DNA of 63,956 bases, filler included, from Stramenopiles sp. TOSAG23-2 (lineage: Eukaryota): assembly GCA_900128395.1 (NCBI GenBank). It is 3 parts of 3 records of this genome, joined end to end, with 100 filler letters (N's around TTAATTAATTAA, not from the genome) between each part and the next. Parts side by side here need not be neighbours in the genome. Positions count along the whole stretch, not along the records: positions 1 to 22,708 come from LT649505.1; 2 more parts are not named here. One strand, given 5' to 3'. A program made the translations under genes and the position numbers. The stretch's first letter is position 1, and every line of letters starts with the position of its first letter. This document shows, in pieces, positions 11,432 through 22,808 of this stretch. The notes under the pieces are model-generated. The model was not told the origin of the DNA and made no database searches. It saw nothing but the letters and a program-made list of their open reading frames with translations.

Positions 11432-13000
11432 ATGTTATCGGCAAGAATGCTATCGTTACGGCGATCAATAGCGTCGTCATCGATGAAAAGAAATCCAATA
11501 AGACGTAATTATATTACCAATAAGAATATACATTATAATAAATTAATCAAAATGAATAATTATTGTTTTAAAAATAATGTGGCTATATTAAATAATAATA
11601 ATAATATATATGGAAAAAACATTGTAAAATATTATTCTACATTGCCTATACGAAATCATGCAGGTTTAAATATTAGTAATAATAATCGTTATAACATTCA
11701 TCGACTTTGTACTAAATACAAATATAATAATAATAATAATACAATGATGAATAATAATAATAATAAATATTATAGTTCATCGGTAAGACCACGTCCACCA
11801 CCACCTCGTCCACCACCAAGACATGGAAAAGGTGTTGGGAAACGAATGTCACCAGCCGAAGCAAGGCAAGCTGGTAATAACAGTAGTGGCAGTGGTAAAA
11901 AGCCTGGATACAAAAAGAAGCCAAAAAATATTGGAAAAAATGATCAAGATATATCATGGCTTGGTGTTGCTGCTGTTGGTACGGTAGTATCGATTGGTTT
12001 AGGGATAGCATATTATTCGCAAAATGGTACGGATCATATGCCATCTTTTCTGAAAAAAATAGTAGATAGTTTACCATCGATGAATTGGGGTACATCAATG
12101 GATGACTATGAAGAACCGGCTTCACGTTTATTACCAAATGTACCGGACGAACATAAAGTAGGCGATCCTCGTGGTCCACCCGTGTTAGTATTGGGTCTTG
12201 AAGATACATTAGTTAATATATCATGGGATCGACAAAATGGATATCGCGTAGCAAAAAGACCTGGTGTGGATAAATTTTTAAATACATTAGCTATGTATTA
12301 TGAGATTGTTATTTTTACAAAAATGCCATATGCTGGCGCGGAAGAGCTTATTTTCCGATTAGACCCGAAGCAATTAGTAATGCATAAATTATATAAGAAT
12401 CATTTAATGATGTCGGAGGATGGAAAATTGTTTAAAGATTTAGATCGTTTGAATCGTGATCTGACACGTATAATAGTGATTGAAAATGAACCGGAAGATG
12501 TGAAATATCATGAAGAAAATTGCATATTTGTGAAACCATTTACAAATCCAAAAGAAAAAGATGACGAATTAAGTTTGTTAATTCCATTTTTAGTGAATAT
12601 GGCAATGGCGCCGCCTCGGAGCGTACCTGATTTTCGACGCGTTTTAAAAGCATATGGTAATCGTGATGTTGGAGCTAAATATAAAAAAAGAATTGATATG
12701 TTGGAAGCAAAAAACAATAAACGAAAAAAACGTTCATTATTCCAGCGTTCTTCACGACTTCCAGTATTGAAAAAAGGACAACCTAAAGCAGTAACACCAA
12801 AAGTGAATAATACTAATACTTCTAGTGAACCAGTAGCTGCTGATAAGAATGCTACCACCAACAACGACAATAAGGAAGAAGCTGCTACTATTGCCAGTGA
12901 TGATGATGGTAATAATGAGAATGTTGTTGTTGTTGATGATACTAATAGTAAAAGCAAAGGTGGTCTTTGGAGTTGGTTAGGTATGAGTAGTAACAAGTAA
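11432..13000 (+). CDS. TIM50: Mitochondrial import inner membrane translocase subunit TIM50
   Basis: Arg/Ser-rich presequence, single TM helix, FCP1/NIF-like domain (LVLGLEDTLV, W...GYRVAKRPGVDKFL, YEIVIFT, KDLDRLNRDL). Confidence 0.92.
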   Translation: MLSARMLSLRRSIASSSMKRNPIRRNYITNKNIHYNKLIKMNNYCFKNNVAILNNNNNIYGKNIVKYYSTLPIRNHAGLNISNNNRYNIHRLCTKYKYNNNNNTMMNNNNNKYYSSSVRPRPPPPRPPPRHGKGVGKRMSPAEARQAGNNSSGSGKKPGYKKKPKNIGKNDQDISWLGVAAVGTVVSIGLGIAYYSQNGTDHMPSFLKKIVDSLPSMNWGTSMDDYEEPASRLLPNVPDEHKVGDPRGPPVLVLGLEDTLVNISWDRQNGYRVAKRPGVDKFLNTLAMYYEIVIFTKMPYAGAEELIFRLDPKQLVMHKLYKNHLMMSEDGKLFKDLDRLNRDLTRIIVIENEPEDVKYHEENCIFVKPFTNPKEKDDELSLLIPFLVNMAMAPPRSVPDFRRVLKAYGNRDVGAKYKKRIDMLEAKNNKRKKRSLFQRSSRLPVLKKGQPKAVTPKVNNTNTSSEPVAADKNATTNNDNKEEAATIASDDDGNNENVVVVDDTNSKSKGGLWSWLGMSSNK

Positions 13001-13209
13001 ACAATATAGTACATTTTAGAAGATATAAAATAAAATGAAAATGTTATTTTTATTTATAACAGCATTAATTTATAATTGACTCGTACATATCATAACTAGA
13101 GCGCATATAAAACAACTTCGTACGAGAAGAGAGTATATATTAGAAACTCTCATATAAACAGAACACATCATACAAAACACTATATATTACATATATATAA
13201 TACTCTCTA

Positions 13210-13836
13210 CTACTTCTCAATTTTATTGACTCTTCTACTATGTCTACCACCTTCATGGTCTTCTGTTAAAAAAATATCAACCATTTCTTTTGCTATTTCA
13301 ATACCAGTTGTACGTCCACCAATTGCTAAAACATTTGCATCATTATGTTTACGTGACATAGTTGCTGTATAATGATCATGGCATAATGCACAACGAATGC
13401 CTTCAACTTTATTCGCAGCAATACTAATGCCAATACCAGTACCACACACTAATATGCCACGTGTTTCTACCATACGAGCTTTATTACTATTATTTTCTTC
13501 ACTATTATTATTATTATTATTTGTACTAATTAATTTATTACATAAAGTTTGTGCTATATCAGGATAGTCACATGAGTCTGTATTATAAGTCCCAACGTCT
13601 TCAAAATCAACATTACGACTTTTTAAATGCAATTTCAGCTTTTCTTTCATTTCGTATCCACCATGATCACTTCCGATCAATATGTTGTTAATATTCGGGC
13701 AAAACCCGCCTTGATTATCATTTGTATTGCTTGACATATTCACTATTAATAAATTGAAATGTTGTAAAAAACCAGTATTATTTTTTACTAATTTTAATTT
13801 CAAACAAGTGTTTCTTCTTATAATGCCACCAAGCAT
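13210..13836 (-). CDS. rpiB: Ribose-5-phosphate isomerase B (RpiB/LacAB family)
   Basis: GSDHGG, DYPD, CGTGIGISIAANK, HNDANVL, GGRHSRRV motifs; start codon uncertain. Confidence 0.95.
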   Translation of the reverse strand: MLGGIIRRNTCLKLKLVKNNTGFLQHFNLLIVNMSSNTNDNQGGFCPNINNILIGSDHGGYEMKEKLKLHLKSRNVDFEDVGTYNTDSCDYPDIAQTLCNKLISTNNNNNNSEENNSNKARMVETRGILVCGTGIGISIAANKVEGIRCALCHDHYTATMSRKHNDANVLAIGGRTTGIEIAKEMVDIFLTEDHEGGRHSRRVNKIEK

Positions 13837-14314
13837 ACAATGTAATTTATGATTATGTTTTAATGATATATATATATATTTAAAAAGAGATACGATTCTA
13901 TAGATATGTAGATAAAATGAGAGAAGACGACTGCAATGTGAAAATGACTTGTTGTTTTTTTTTCTATTTCAAAAACCTTTCCTCTTCTTCTTTCTACATC
14001 ACAGTATTTTTATATATTCTATTTGTCATATTATTATCATCAATGGCCATTTATTCGATTTTATTTTTTAAATATTTTAGGTTTTTTTTACATCTTTCAC
14101 AACATATAGTGAAATCATCACAAATAAGTATACTGTTTTTTAATATAAGTAAGTGATTGTTGTAAATCGGTAATAATATATAAATAGAAAAGAAGTGCAA
14201 AGATGCAAATATTTTCAAAAAACAAAATAGAAATAGAAAAAGTTACAAACAAACACAAAGTATACATATATATATATATATTGATTGTATAAATGACTCA
14301 CGAATAAATGAAAG

Positions 14315-14345
<31 letters not shown>

Positions 14346-14815
14346 AACGAGCGGAGACAAAAGAGGATGGCAATAACAGTGAATCGGACGACGATGATGA
14401 ACCGGAATATACATTATTATACAAAGCAAATAAATTTTTAGGAAAAGAAATAGACGGGATGACAAGCTCTTTTATTAATGAATATGGACATGAATTTGAC
14501 ACGGAAGAAGAAGAGCATAAATTAATATATACAGAATTGCATGGTAAATATGTTGAAATGTTTGAGAATATGTTGGAAGGTTTTGTAGTAGAGGAATGTC
14601 CAAACTTATCACGTCTCCAAGCTTTTCGAAAATTTTTTAGTGAAGCCAAATCAAGTATTACTGGGCAATTTCAACCGTTGTTTGCTGAAGAGGAAGATTT
14701 AAACCGTCCTTTTGTAGACCAAGTACTTGCAGCAACAGAATATGATTGTTTTTATAATATGATGAGAAGTAGTATCATTGCCGATAATTCAAAGGAAGCA
14801 GGCACGAAAAAGTGA
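14315..14815 (+). CDS. ARL2-binding (BART) domain protein
   Basis: EEEHKLIYTELHGKYVEMFENMLEGF and a C-terminal EYDCFYNMM pattern resemble ARL2BP/CFAP36 BART domains. Confidence 0.7.
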
Positions 14816-14945
14816 CATTTTATATAAGAAGTATGTATATGTGCATGGTAAAAATGAAAATATGTAAAAAAAATATATCGTAAAAAAAATTAAAATACGG
14901 AGTATAGCAGGTAAAAGCCCATAGCAACCGCACCCCAGCTGTTTT

Positions 14946-16899
14946 TTATAAGTACGAAGAAGTTTCAACACAGATGTTTTTAAGCTCAAATAGCAATCTT
15001 TTCGCATGCCCTTCTTTCATTTTAAAGACAGATGTTAATTCTTCCAAATCGCAATTTCTTAACTCTGGAATGTCATCATATCCTTCATTAATTAATTGCT
15101 TTTTGTATGGCAAGTATTTTTCACCCAATCTACTAAACAATGCATCAAATTCATTCCTCTTATATGGTCTTTTTGCAGCAGCAGTTCTCCTCTCATCATT
15201 ACCACTGTTATTATGATCATAATTACGCTCGTCAATTGATACTTCTTTGGATTCATCAACTCGTTTTCGCTTACTGCCAGCGCTATTGTCAGTTGGTGTT
15301 GATGTCGCGGTACTATCAAACAATGATGCCATCAAGAAAGCATCTTGCAAATTATTATTATTATCTGCAGCATAGTTCGTCTCACCCGGATCAAAATTAT
15401 TGATTTCTTCTTGCGATAATGTTTTCCACATATCCACAATTTCATTATGTGTGAAATATTTGGATAAATCACAACATCGTCCTGGACTTGGTTTCTTGCT
15501 TACCATACTCCAATTTTTCAAATTTTTCATACCCCTTGGATGGTAAGGCCCGTCGTATCGACTCAATTTTACCCCGTTTTGCCACCAATATGAACCAGGC
15601 AAAGGATTTATGTTACCATGATATTTCATACGTTTCCACGTTTTCTTGCCCTGTTTATTTGCTAATTTTAAAACGGTATTTTTTAATTTTTCTTTCCTTT
15701 GTTCCGCATCACAGCAGCCAGTAGGGTTATAACGTTGATTTGACTCCCAAGTCTGTGTGACAAATAACTGATGGCGCGCTATAAATGATGGCGGTACTGG
15801 AGGAAAAGCAATTGGTTTAGACTTTTTATATCGCGAAACATTGCCAATAATGTTGGAATTATTGTTGTTATCACCATTTGTTTTTTTCAGAACTATAGAC
15901 GTTTTTTTCTTTAAAAATATTATTGTTTTTTTCTTCGGAACTCTCGAAGACTCTTTAGGTCCAAATTTAACGTAAGGATGATCCAAATTTCCCAATTTCT
16001 TTTCGCGCCTTCTGATTTTACCAATGTGATCGCTAATTTGTTCTATATAAAATATAATATGTGTGTTAGATAATAGATATTTAATGATAATATATTTGTA
16101 GTAGAAATCTAACAAAAAACTTACTCATCTTGCGTTCGCCCCCCAATATCTCATCAATTTTTTTATATCTCTCACAGGACGATAGATCGCAATATTCCAT
16201 AAATGTATCTAGACAAAGTTGTCTGGAATCTGTGCTCCATGTACCTGTTTCATGTTTAACTCGTTTTGGAAGTTTTTTGCGGCCCTTGAACCCGTATACT
16301 TCTGTTTCTTCATTATCATGTTCAACTATTTCTGGACGTATAACAACTTTCTCAGATGGTGCGACGTGGTGGTTCTTTCCTTCTTCTTCATCTTTTGTAC
16401 AATGTGGAATAGTTGTACTTATAACAGCTGTTATTGCGGTACTATTCGGACTTTTCTTTTTATCTTGTGAATCTTGATTGTTATCCGTAAAATAAAAACT
16501 TTTTTCACGTAGACATAAATCAATATCCAATTTCTGTGTTTCGCCAGTAGAGTAATGCACCGTATGCAGCTGTTCTGTTTTTAAATATTCCATAATTTTA
16601 ACACTATACCATCTTCCAGATTCATATAAATATTTCCCTTTTCGATTTAAATAACCAAGATTCCTTGTCGCTTTTTGCGTTCGTGTTTCTTTATGAATAT
16701 TGTAATCTTCTTCGTCTTCACTATCATTTTCGTCATTTCCTTTTTCATCGCCACTTTTTTTTGTTTCGATAATAAGTTTAGATGATTTCTTTTCCTTATG
16801 ATTACTATTACTCGTATTTATCGCAAAAAATGTATTAACACTACGTATTGCATTAGGAGATGTTCCACGATTCTTCATGGTAACAATAGATGTATTCAT
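14946..16899 (-). CDS. Two-exon hypothetical protein with Tudor-like segment and C-terminal SAM-like domain; intron 16043-16124
   Basis: A GTAAGT...CTAAC...ATATAG intron (82 nt) joins the two ORFs in frame (KM-K-QISDH). GRWYSVKIMEY..HTVHYSTGE is Tudor-like; YKKQLINEGYDD..MKEGHAKRL is SAM-like. Confidence 0.7.
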
Positions 16900-17479
16900 A
16901 TATTGTTGTTATTTTTTGTGTGTCGTTTACCACTTTCGCTTTTTTTGTATGTCGTGTTATCTAGCAAATGATCATATATATATATGTATATCATTTACAT
17001 TTCTCTTCTTTCTATCTTTTTTTCTTTTGAAATACTATTATACATAGTATATATATATACTAATGTATAATAATGTTGAATATTTTTTAGTTAGTGTAGT
17101 TTTTAGTTTTTTGTTGTTTAGTTGGCGGTTCTTTCTTAAAAATAGCAGGTACATAACATTACACTGGAAAAATGGAATTAAATAAAAAAAACAATCCAAA
17201 TTGTATTGTTGATTTTTATTTACATTGTTGTAACTTTTTAGTTTATAATCGGATATTTATAATATTTTGGTACGAACGAGAAGATAAAATAGTACAATTG
17301 GACATTTAGCTAAATAATGCCATTTTTATTTTCTTTATTATCAGGATATTTATATTATTAGAATTATAAATGTAGATTTTAAACTATTATTAGAATTATA
17401 TACTCACATCTCACAGGGGTTCGTATGATGCTATGCGCTTTTTTCCTCCCTATGTATATGCACATATGTTTTTTTTCTT

Positions 17480-18418
17480 TTACAATTTACTCCTGTTTGT
17501 AAGATCAGTGCTATTACTACCATTTCCAAGATATAATGTTACAATAACACTTATATCGTCAAGCTTTCCACCAACATAATTATATCCATATTTCCTACCT
17601 TCTACAGTAAAAGGTGAGATATATCGTGGATCATTTCCATTTCTAGATGCAGCTTTTGCAATCTCAAATGCAAATTTATTTAGCATTTCTTTTAATTTTT
17701 TCATAATATCATTATCACTACTATTCCCTTCTCTTCGATTTACAATATTTACAAATTGACTTTGAAATGATTTAGATATACCAATCAGATCTTTATCAAA
17801 TAAATTATCAAAAACTCCGTCCGTCCCACAAATAATAAAGTCACCAGTCTTAACATTTGCTTTAATAATATCAGCTTCAGTTGGGTTATTTCCAGATCTA
17901 CTGCCGTGACGCTCTAGTTGATATGGAAAATTAAAGTCAAATTGCTGTGGCTTTGAACTTAAAATTAAATTTCCAAAGTTCCTTATTACTTTAAACCCCG
18001 AATCCCCAATATTTGCAGCAGTTAACTCGTTTTTATCGATATCTACATGAATTACAAGAGCAGTAGAACTACCCAACGATGTTGTTTGAGAGTGAGCTTT
18101 GATTAAAATTTGTAAAGGATCGACTAATTTCTCTTGATCTACCGCGATATTTGCAAAATTCATTAGTTCTCTCGAATAAATACCTGGGTCAACTCCACGG
18201 CTGGCCCACCCACCAACACCATCTGCAATTCCTACTACTTGTTTTGAATCATTTATAAAATATGAATCTTCCCCACCTAATTTTGGTTCTAGATCATAAA
18301 TTCGATTTGCTTTATCCGGGTGGGGTATAATTGCACTTCCACTTATCATATTTCCAGTATTCTCCTCTCTTACATAAATCTCTTGTGCCAGCCCAGCCAC
18401 AGCCCGGCCAGCTTGCAT
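17480..18418 (-). CDS. PP2C-family protein phosphatase, PTC7 type
   Basis: GGEDSYF, GIADGVGGW, ANIGDSGF, FNFPYQL, TDGVFDNL, GGKLDDI motifs; 5' end uncertain. Confidence 0.92.
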   Translation of the reverse strand: MQAGRAVAGLAQEIYVREENTGNMISGSAIIPHPDKANRIYDLEPKLGGEDSYFINDSKQVVGIADGVGGWASRGVDPGIYSRELMNFANIAVDQEKLVDPLQILIKAHSQTTSLGSSTALVIHVDIDKNELTAANIGDSGFKVIRNFGNLILSSKPQQFDFNFPYQLERHGSRSGNNPTEADIIKANVKTGDFIICGTDGVFDNLFDKDLIGISKSFQSQFVNIVNRREGNSSDNDIMKKLKEMLNKFAFEIAKAASRNGNDPRYISPFTVEGRKYGYNYVGGKLDDISVIVTLYLGNGSNSTDLTNRSKL

Positions 18419-18885
18419 TAACGTTTTATCACACCTGATTGTAGGATGGACGCAAGAAAAATTTTATTACTATCTATAATATCCGATATTATCCGATAGA
18501 TTATTCTACATATACAGGTGCACAGGCCGCAGGGGATAATTATACATGGGCATACCACTACATTGTGTGACAGTGCTATTTCCATACTATATTATGACAA
18601 CAGCTTTTTTATTTTACCTTTGCCAGCTTGTACTACACAATAACAACAAAAAAACACAAGTTGCAAGTGTTACAGTTATATATATATATCATACTACTGT
18701 CCATTACAAACGATATTTTTCTTTCTAAAGACTTTGGCAACTTGCACAAATAATCATATTAAAAAAAAATGCATGTAGATGCTAGTTATAAATAGATTGA
18801 TACAATATAAATTCCATATACTTTATACAATTCGTAAATATATTATAATTGTAGTACTACTCTATATATATATACAAAGTACCGT

Positions 18886-20751
18886 ATGATATTATCAGCA
18901 ACAGCATCGTCACCAAACGTATTAGCACGCTATGATTCGTTGCCACCTGGTTATACACCTTTAAAAAGTCATAAAAATGTCTTCGATGAAATTGAGGATG
19001 AAGATCTATTGCCGTTATTGCATTCAGCTTCTAAAAGTATTTTGCGCAAACACCAAGAGCAAGCAGAAATGGAGAAAAAGCGGACATGCTGGTCGAAATT
19101 AACACGCCATGATTTCAACTTGCCGTCTGTATCAAATAATGTGCAAAATATTCCAAGAGAAAAAACTTATATTCAAGTCATTGATATGTTTAAAGCAATT
19201 GCTGCAATATGGTTATTATTTTTTCGTATTGCATATTATTTAAGTCAAACATACGACGTTACTCGAAAAAACACTAATAATCCAACTCCATCATCTATTT
19301 TCAAATGTTTAGACACTAGTTTATTAATTCATGCCGATTTAGCATTTGATATTTTATTATTAATATCTGGTTTTCTTATAAGTCGACCGTGGTATTTATA
19401 TTTTGTAAAAATGGCAAATAATTCTGGAAATAGAATTTTTGTCATTAAATGTATTAAGACATATTGCAAATTCCTATTTAATAAATCCATGCGTATTTGT
19501 CCAATATATTACGTTGGTTTGATTATCATAATTTTATTCAATTATATAGACAATGTTTTAAATGATTTTAGTTATTGCTATGATCATATGTGGCGTATGA
19601 TCACATTTAGCGCCAATCAATATTATAGCCAATATTGTCATAATGAATTTTGGTTTATCAGTTTATTAATTCAATTATACATCGCAACTCCTATCATGAT
19701 ATTCATATCATTCAGTATATATTTAAAATTTACAACAGAAAACCATTTAGAAAGAACATGGATAGCTAGGAATGTATTAATAATTGTTCCAATTGTCATT
19801 TTTATTTATCTTTTAAACGGCAAATATAATTTAAATATGAATGTAAATTCAGAGGCAACAATATTAACTTCTAATTATAGTGTCGGAGATTATTCTCCTA
19901 TTTATCGTGGTGGTATATCATATTTAGTTGGCGTGATAGTGTCCATTTTACAAATCAATCGGAAATATATAGTGAACAACGAGATGCAATATAATAATGA
20001 ATTGGCTAATAAAATTAATTTTAATGATAGTAGTGGAAACAATAGCGATGCGATTGTTCGGAAATTTCATTGTTGTTCAAAAAAAGTTATATGGCCATTA
20101 TTTATAATATTGCTTGTTGTATTGAGTGGTCCAGGCACATATTATACATTTGGACATTGGAAAAACCAAGTAAAAATATGGTATGCTGACAGAGAAGAGA
20201 AGGAAATTGCTGTTACAAAACTTTTATTATTTCGCACGTTATTTACTATATCTGTAGGTATCATTTTTAAATATTGCTTGGAGGTGGAAGAAAATTATAA
20301 TAATATGCGGGTTAATAATGCTACAAGTAGTTTTGAAAGCAACATGACTATGTATGCTGGCAATAATAATAATGGTGATGATGATACCAGTAATGATGAA
20401 CTTGCAAACGAGTATTTATATGATTACGATGATGATGATGATGATATTATGATGTTAGAGGCAATACCGAAAAAATCGTTCTATGGTAAGATCATTACAT
20501 TAAATATATGGAAAACTATATCTAGATTATCATTTATTGGTTTCATTTTTGGTCATTTTATAATTGTTGAAGTCGTCTCTATTTTCAATGATATTGAATT
20601 TATTGAAAATAATGACACAATACGTGTATATTCAATATTGTTTGCATCATTTATTTTATCATCAGGATTTATAATGGTTCTATCAGCAATTTTGTATACA
20701 TATTTTGAGAAGCCTTTATTAATACAGAAGCGTTTACAAGTGTTTGAATAA
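18886..20751 (+). CDS. Acyltransferase-3 (OafA/NRF-6-like) multi-pass membrane protein
   Basis: About 10 TM segments; D..LLISGFL, RICPIYY, WFISLLIQLY, SRLSF and YTYFEKP patterns. Confidence 0.8.
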   Translation: MILSATASSPNVLARYDSLPPGYTPLKSHKNVFDEIEDEDLLPLLHSASKSILRKHQEQAEMEKKRTCWSKLTRHDFNLPSVSNNVQNIPREKTYIQVIDMFKAIAAIWLLFFRIAYYLSQTYDVTRKNTNNPTPSSIFKCLDTSLLIHADLAFDILLLISGFLISRPWYLYFVKMANNSGNRIFVIKCIKTYCKFLFNKSMRICPIYYVGLIIIILFNYIDNVLNDFSYCYDHMWRMITFSANQYYSQYCHNEFWFISLLIQLYIATPIMIFISFSIYLKFTTENHLERTWIARNVLIIVPIVIFIYLLNGKYNLNMNVNSEATILTSNYSVGDYSPIYRGGISYLVGVIVSILQINRKYIVNNEMQYNNELANKINFNDSSGNNSDAIVRKFHCCSKKVIWPLFIILLVVLSGPGTYYTFGHWKNQVKIWYADREEKEIAVTKLLLFRTLFTISVGIIFKYCLEVEENYNNMRVNNATSSFESNMTMYAGNNNNGDDDTSNDELANEYLYDYDDDDDDIMMLEAIPKKSFYGKIITLNIWKTISRLSFIGFIFGHFIIVEVVSIFNDIEFIENNDTIRVYSILFASFILSSGFIMVLSAILYTYFEKPLLIQKRLQVFE

Positions 20752-21158
20752 AATAAATTTCTCAAAATAAAATAAAATTTTATACCCGGTGATTAAAATT
20801 GAATTTTATTATTTAATTATTACTACTCGTATCATATGGCATATGAGATTTAATTTTTTGATAATCTCATATCATTATTGGAGCGTGTTCGTATTCATAT
20901 ACCCTTCAAGCCATACTTCCAATGCATCTTGTTTTTGTACTGGCATCAACATGGCCGAAAGCGAAAGCACAAGTGGAGGCAGGCGTAACGATACGTTTAC
21001 AATGGGCACACTCACCAATGTCCATTTTGCGTTTGTTTACCTAGTTGACCAAATCGCGACGGTTTCACAATATTGACACATAACCAAACTAAAAGATTCA
21101 GACTCCACTGCTTGCCATTTGTGCCCTCCATCACTCCTTGTACAAATTTTTTTAGTAT

Positions 21159-22186
21159 TCAAAGAAGTCCTTTGATATGGTCATTATAATTACAATTACA
21201 GCGATAATCACTTAAGCCTTCCTTTAGACCTTCGTGATTTGTCATAATTCTCGTTGGCTTTTCATATTTTGTCGCGAATCGACAATAATCAACCGTGACA
21301 GTTGGGGTACTTTCTGGAAATTCTATTTCCTTTTCTCTGTTTAGTGCTTCAAGACCTTTCCACAAAAAAGACGTTTCCCCATTTTCAATTGCAAAGTAAA
21401 CGTTACCTCGAAAAACTCCAGGTTTTACAGCCCATGTAATTAATTTCATTGTCTTTTCTAATTGTTTATTTGCAATTATTTCGTTTTCTCGTAATTCAAC
21501 TAACCTTGGTTTTGTAGATTTTTTGTCATCACCTAATGGCTTCTCAGAAGTTCTTGATAAGCCATTTGAAAGCTGTAATGTTGTCCAATAAGTGCATGGT
21601 CTATGGAAAGTAGCATATATGAAATATTGCTGTGTTAGGGGTTTATCTCTTTTATGAGAGTTTAGCGGATAAAATATACTTACTGGCCAAAATGGAGAAA
21701 AATGTCACAAGAGTCCTTAATGTGTACATTATTATGTCTCGCTTCCTGGACATACTTGGTAATCAATTTTTTCAAATCGTCCAAGTCCATGGTGTCCCAA
21801 TCGTTAGTTGAATTGATGGCCTTGTCAAATACTTCCACATACACATGTCGTTTTGCGAATGCTGCTGCTAAACCACACGTTCCAGCAAAAAATTCAATGA
21901 ATATCATATTTTCTTTTGCATTAGCATTTACGTTATTTTTTAGTTCTTGATCTTTTCTTCTGGTATAACGACGTCCCGCAAACCGGTTTTCTTCACAAAA
22001 AACAAGCTTGCAAATGTTTCTTGTGTCGGGAATATATGCATCACTCAAATCATGTGCAGAGGATATTTCTGTTATGTTGGGGTACTCTGTGTATTTTTTC
22101 TTACCAACCTTGTATTCTATTTCTGCTAGGACTGGGCGGTCAGGCTTATATTCTGCAATGAAAATTTTTTTTATAAATGCAATCAC
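21159..22186 (-). CDS. Divergent C5 DNA (cytosine-5)-methyltransferase-like gene, two exons (intron 21601-21683), probably truncated or degenerate
   Basis: Motif I IEFFAGTCGL. Splicing the GTAAGT..CTAAC..CATAG intron creates HFGQPCT (catalytic PC) in frame with AIEN (motif VI-like) and DYCRF...KPT. No clear motif X; start codon uncertain. Confidence 0.7.
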
Positions 22187-22708
22187 TTTAAAACCATTTA
22201 CTTGATGTTTGTTATGTTTCTTATCGATATATCTACATGTCGTCTACAGTAATGTTTATATGTTTCAGCATGTTATAATAAATATATATATATTACTATT
22301 TTGATCAATAGTGAGTAGTGTTAAATATTGTGTCGTATAGTTAATAAAAATTGTGTGGACGATTCCTTATTATGATCCAAAAACAACAATGCTATTTCGA
22401 TGTTATTATAATTCCTGTTGTACACATCCCACGAAAATTTGAAAATTTCACATAATTTTTTTGTGATGCAGTTGATTTTTATATTCGATATTCAATTTAT
22501 GTTGATCAACTTTCGTATCATAATATAGTCACAGTATTAGTTATTTTATATAATATTTCCATTTTCGTCATTTCAGATATTATATTTTATAGTATAATAC
22601 CTAGTATTAAAAATGTTATTATGGCACTACTAAACTTCCCACAAAACAGCAGAACTCTCATTTTATATAAAAAATTAGATACCCACACACACACACACAC
22701 ACACACAC

Positions 22709-22808
22709 NNNNNNNNNNNNNNNNNNNNNNNNNNNNNNNNNNNNNNNNNNNNTTAATTAATTAANNNNNNNNNNNNNNNNNNNNNNNNNNNNNNNNNNNN
22801 NNNNNNNN
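22709..22808. other. Artificial contig-joining spacer
   Basis: 100 nt: N-run, TTAATTAATTAA (stops in all six frames), N-run. Confidence 0.97.

Noticed and set aside
22753..22764. TTAATTAATTAA as a biological motif (for example a piggyBac TTAA site)
   Set aside because: It is centred in N-runs and repeated identically at 45522; a synthetic linker.
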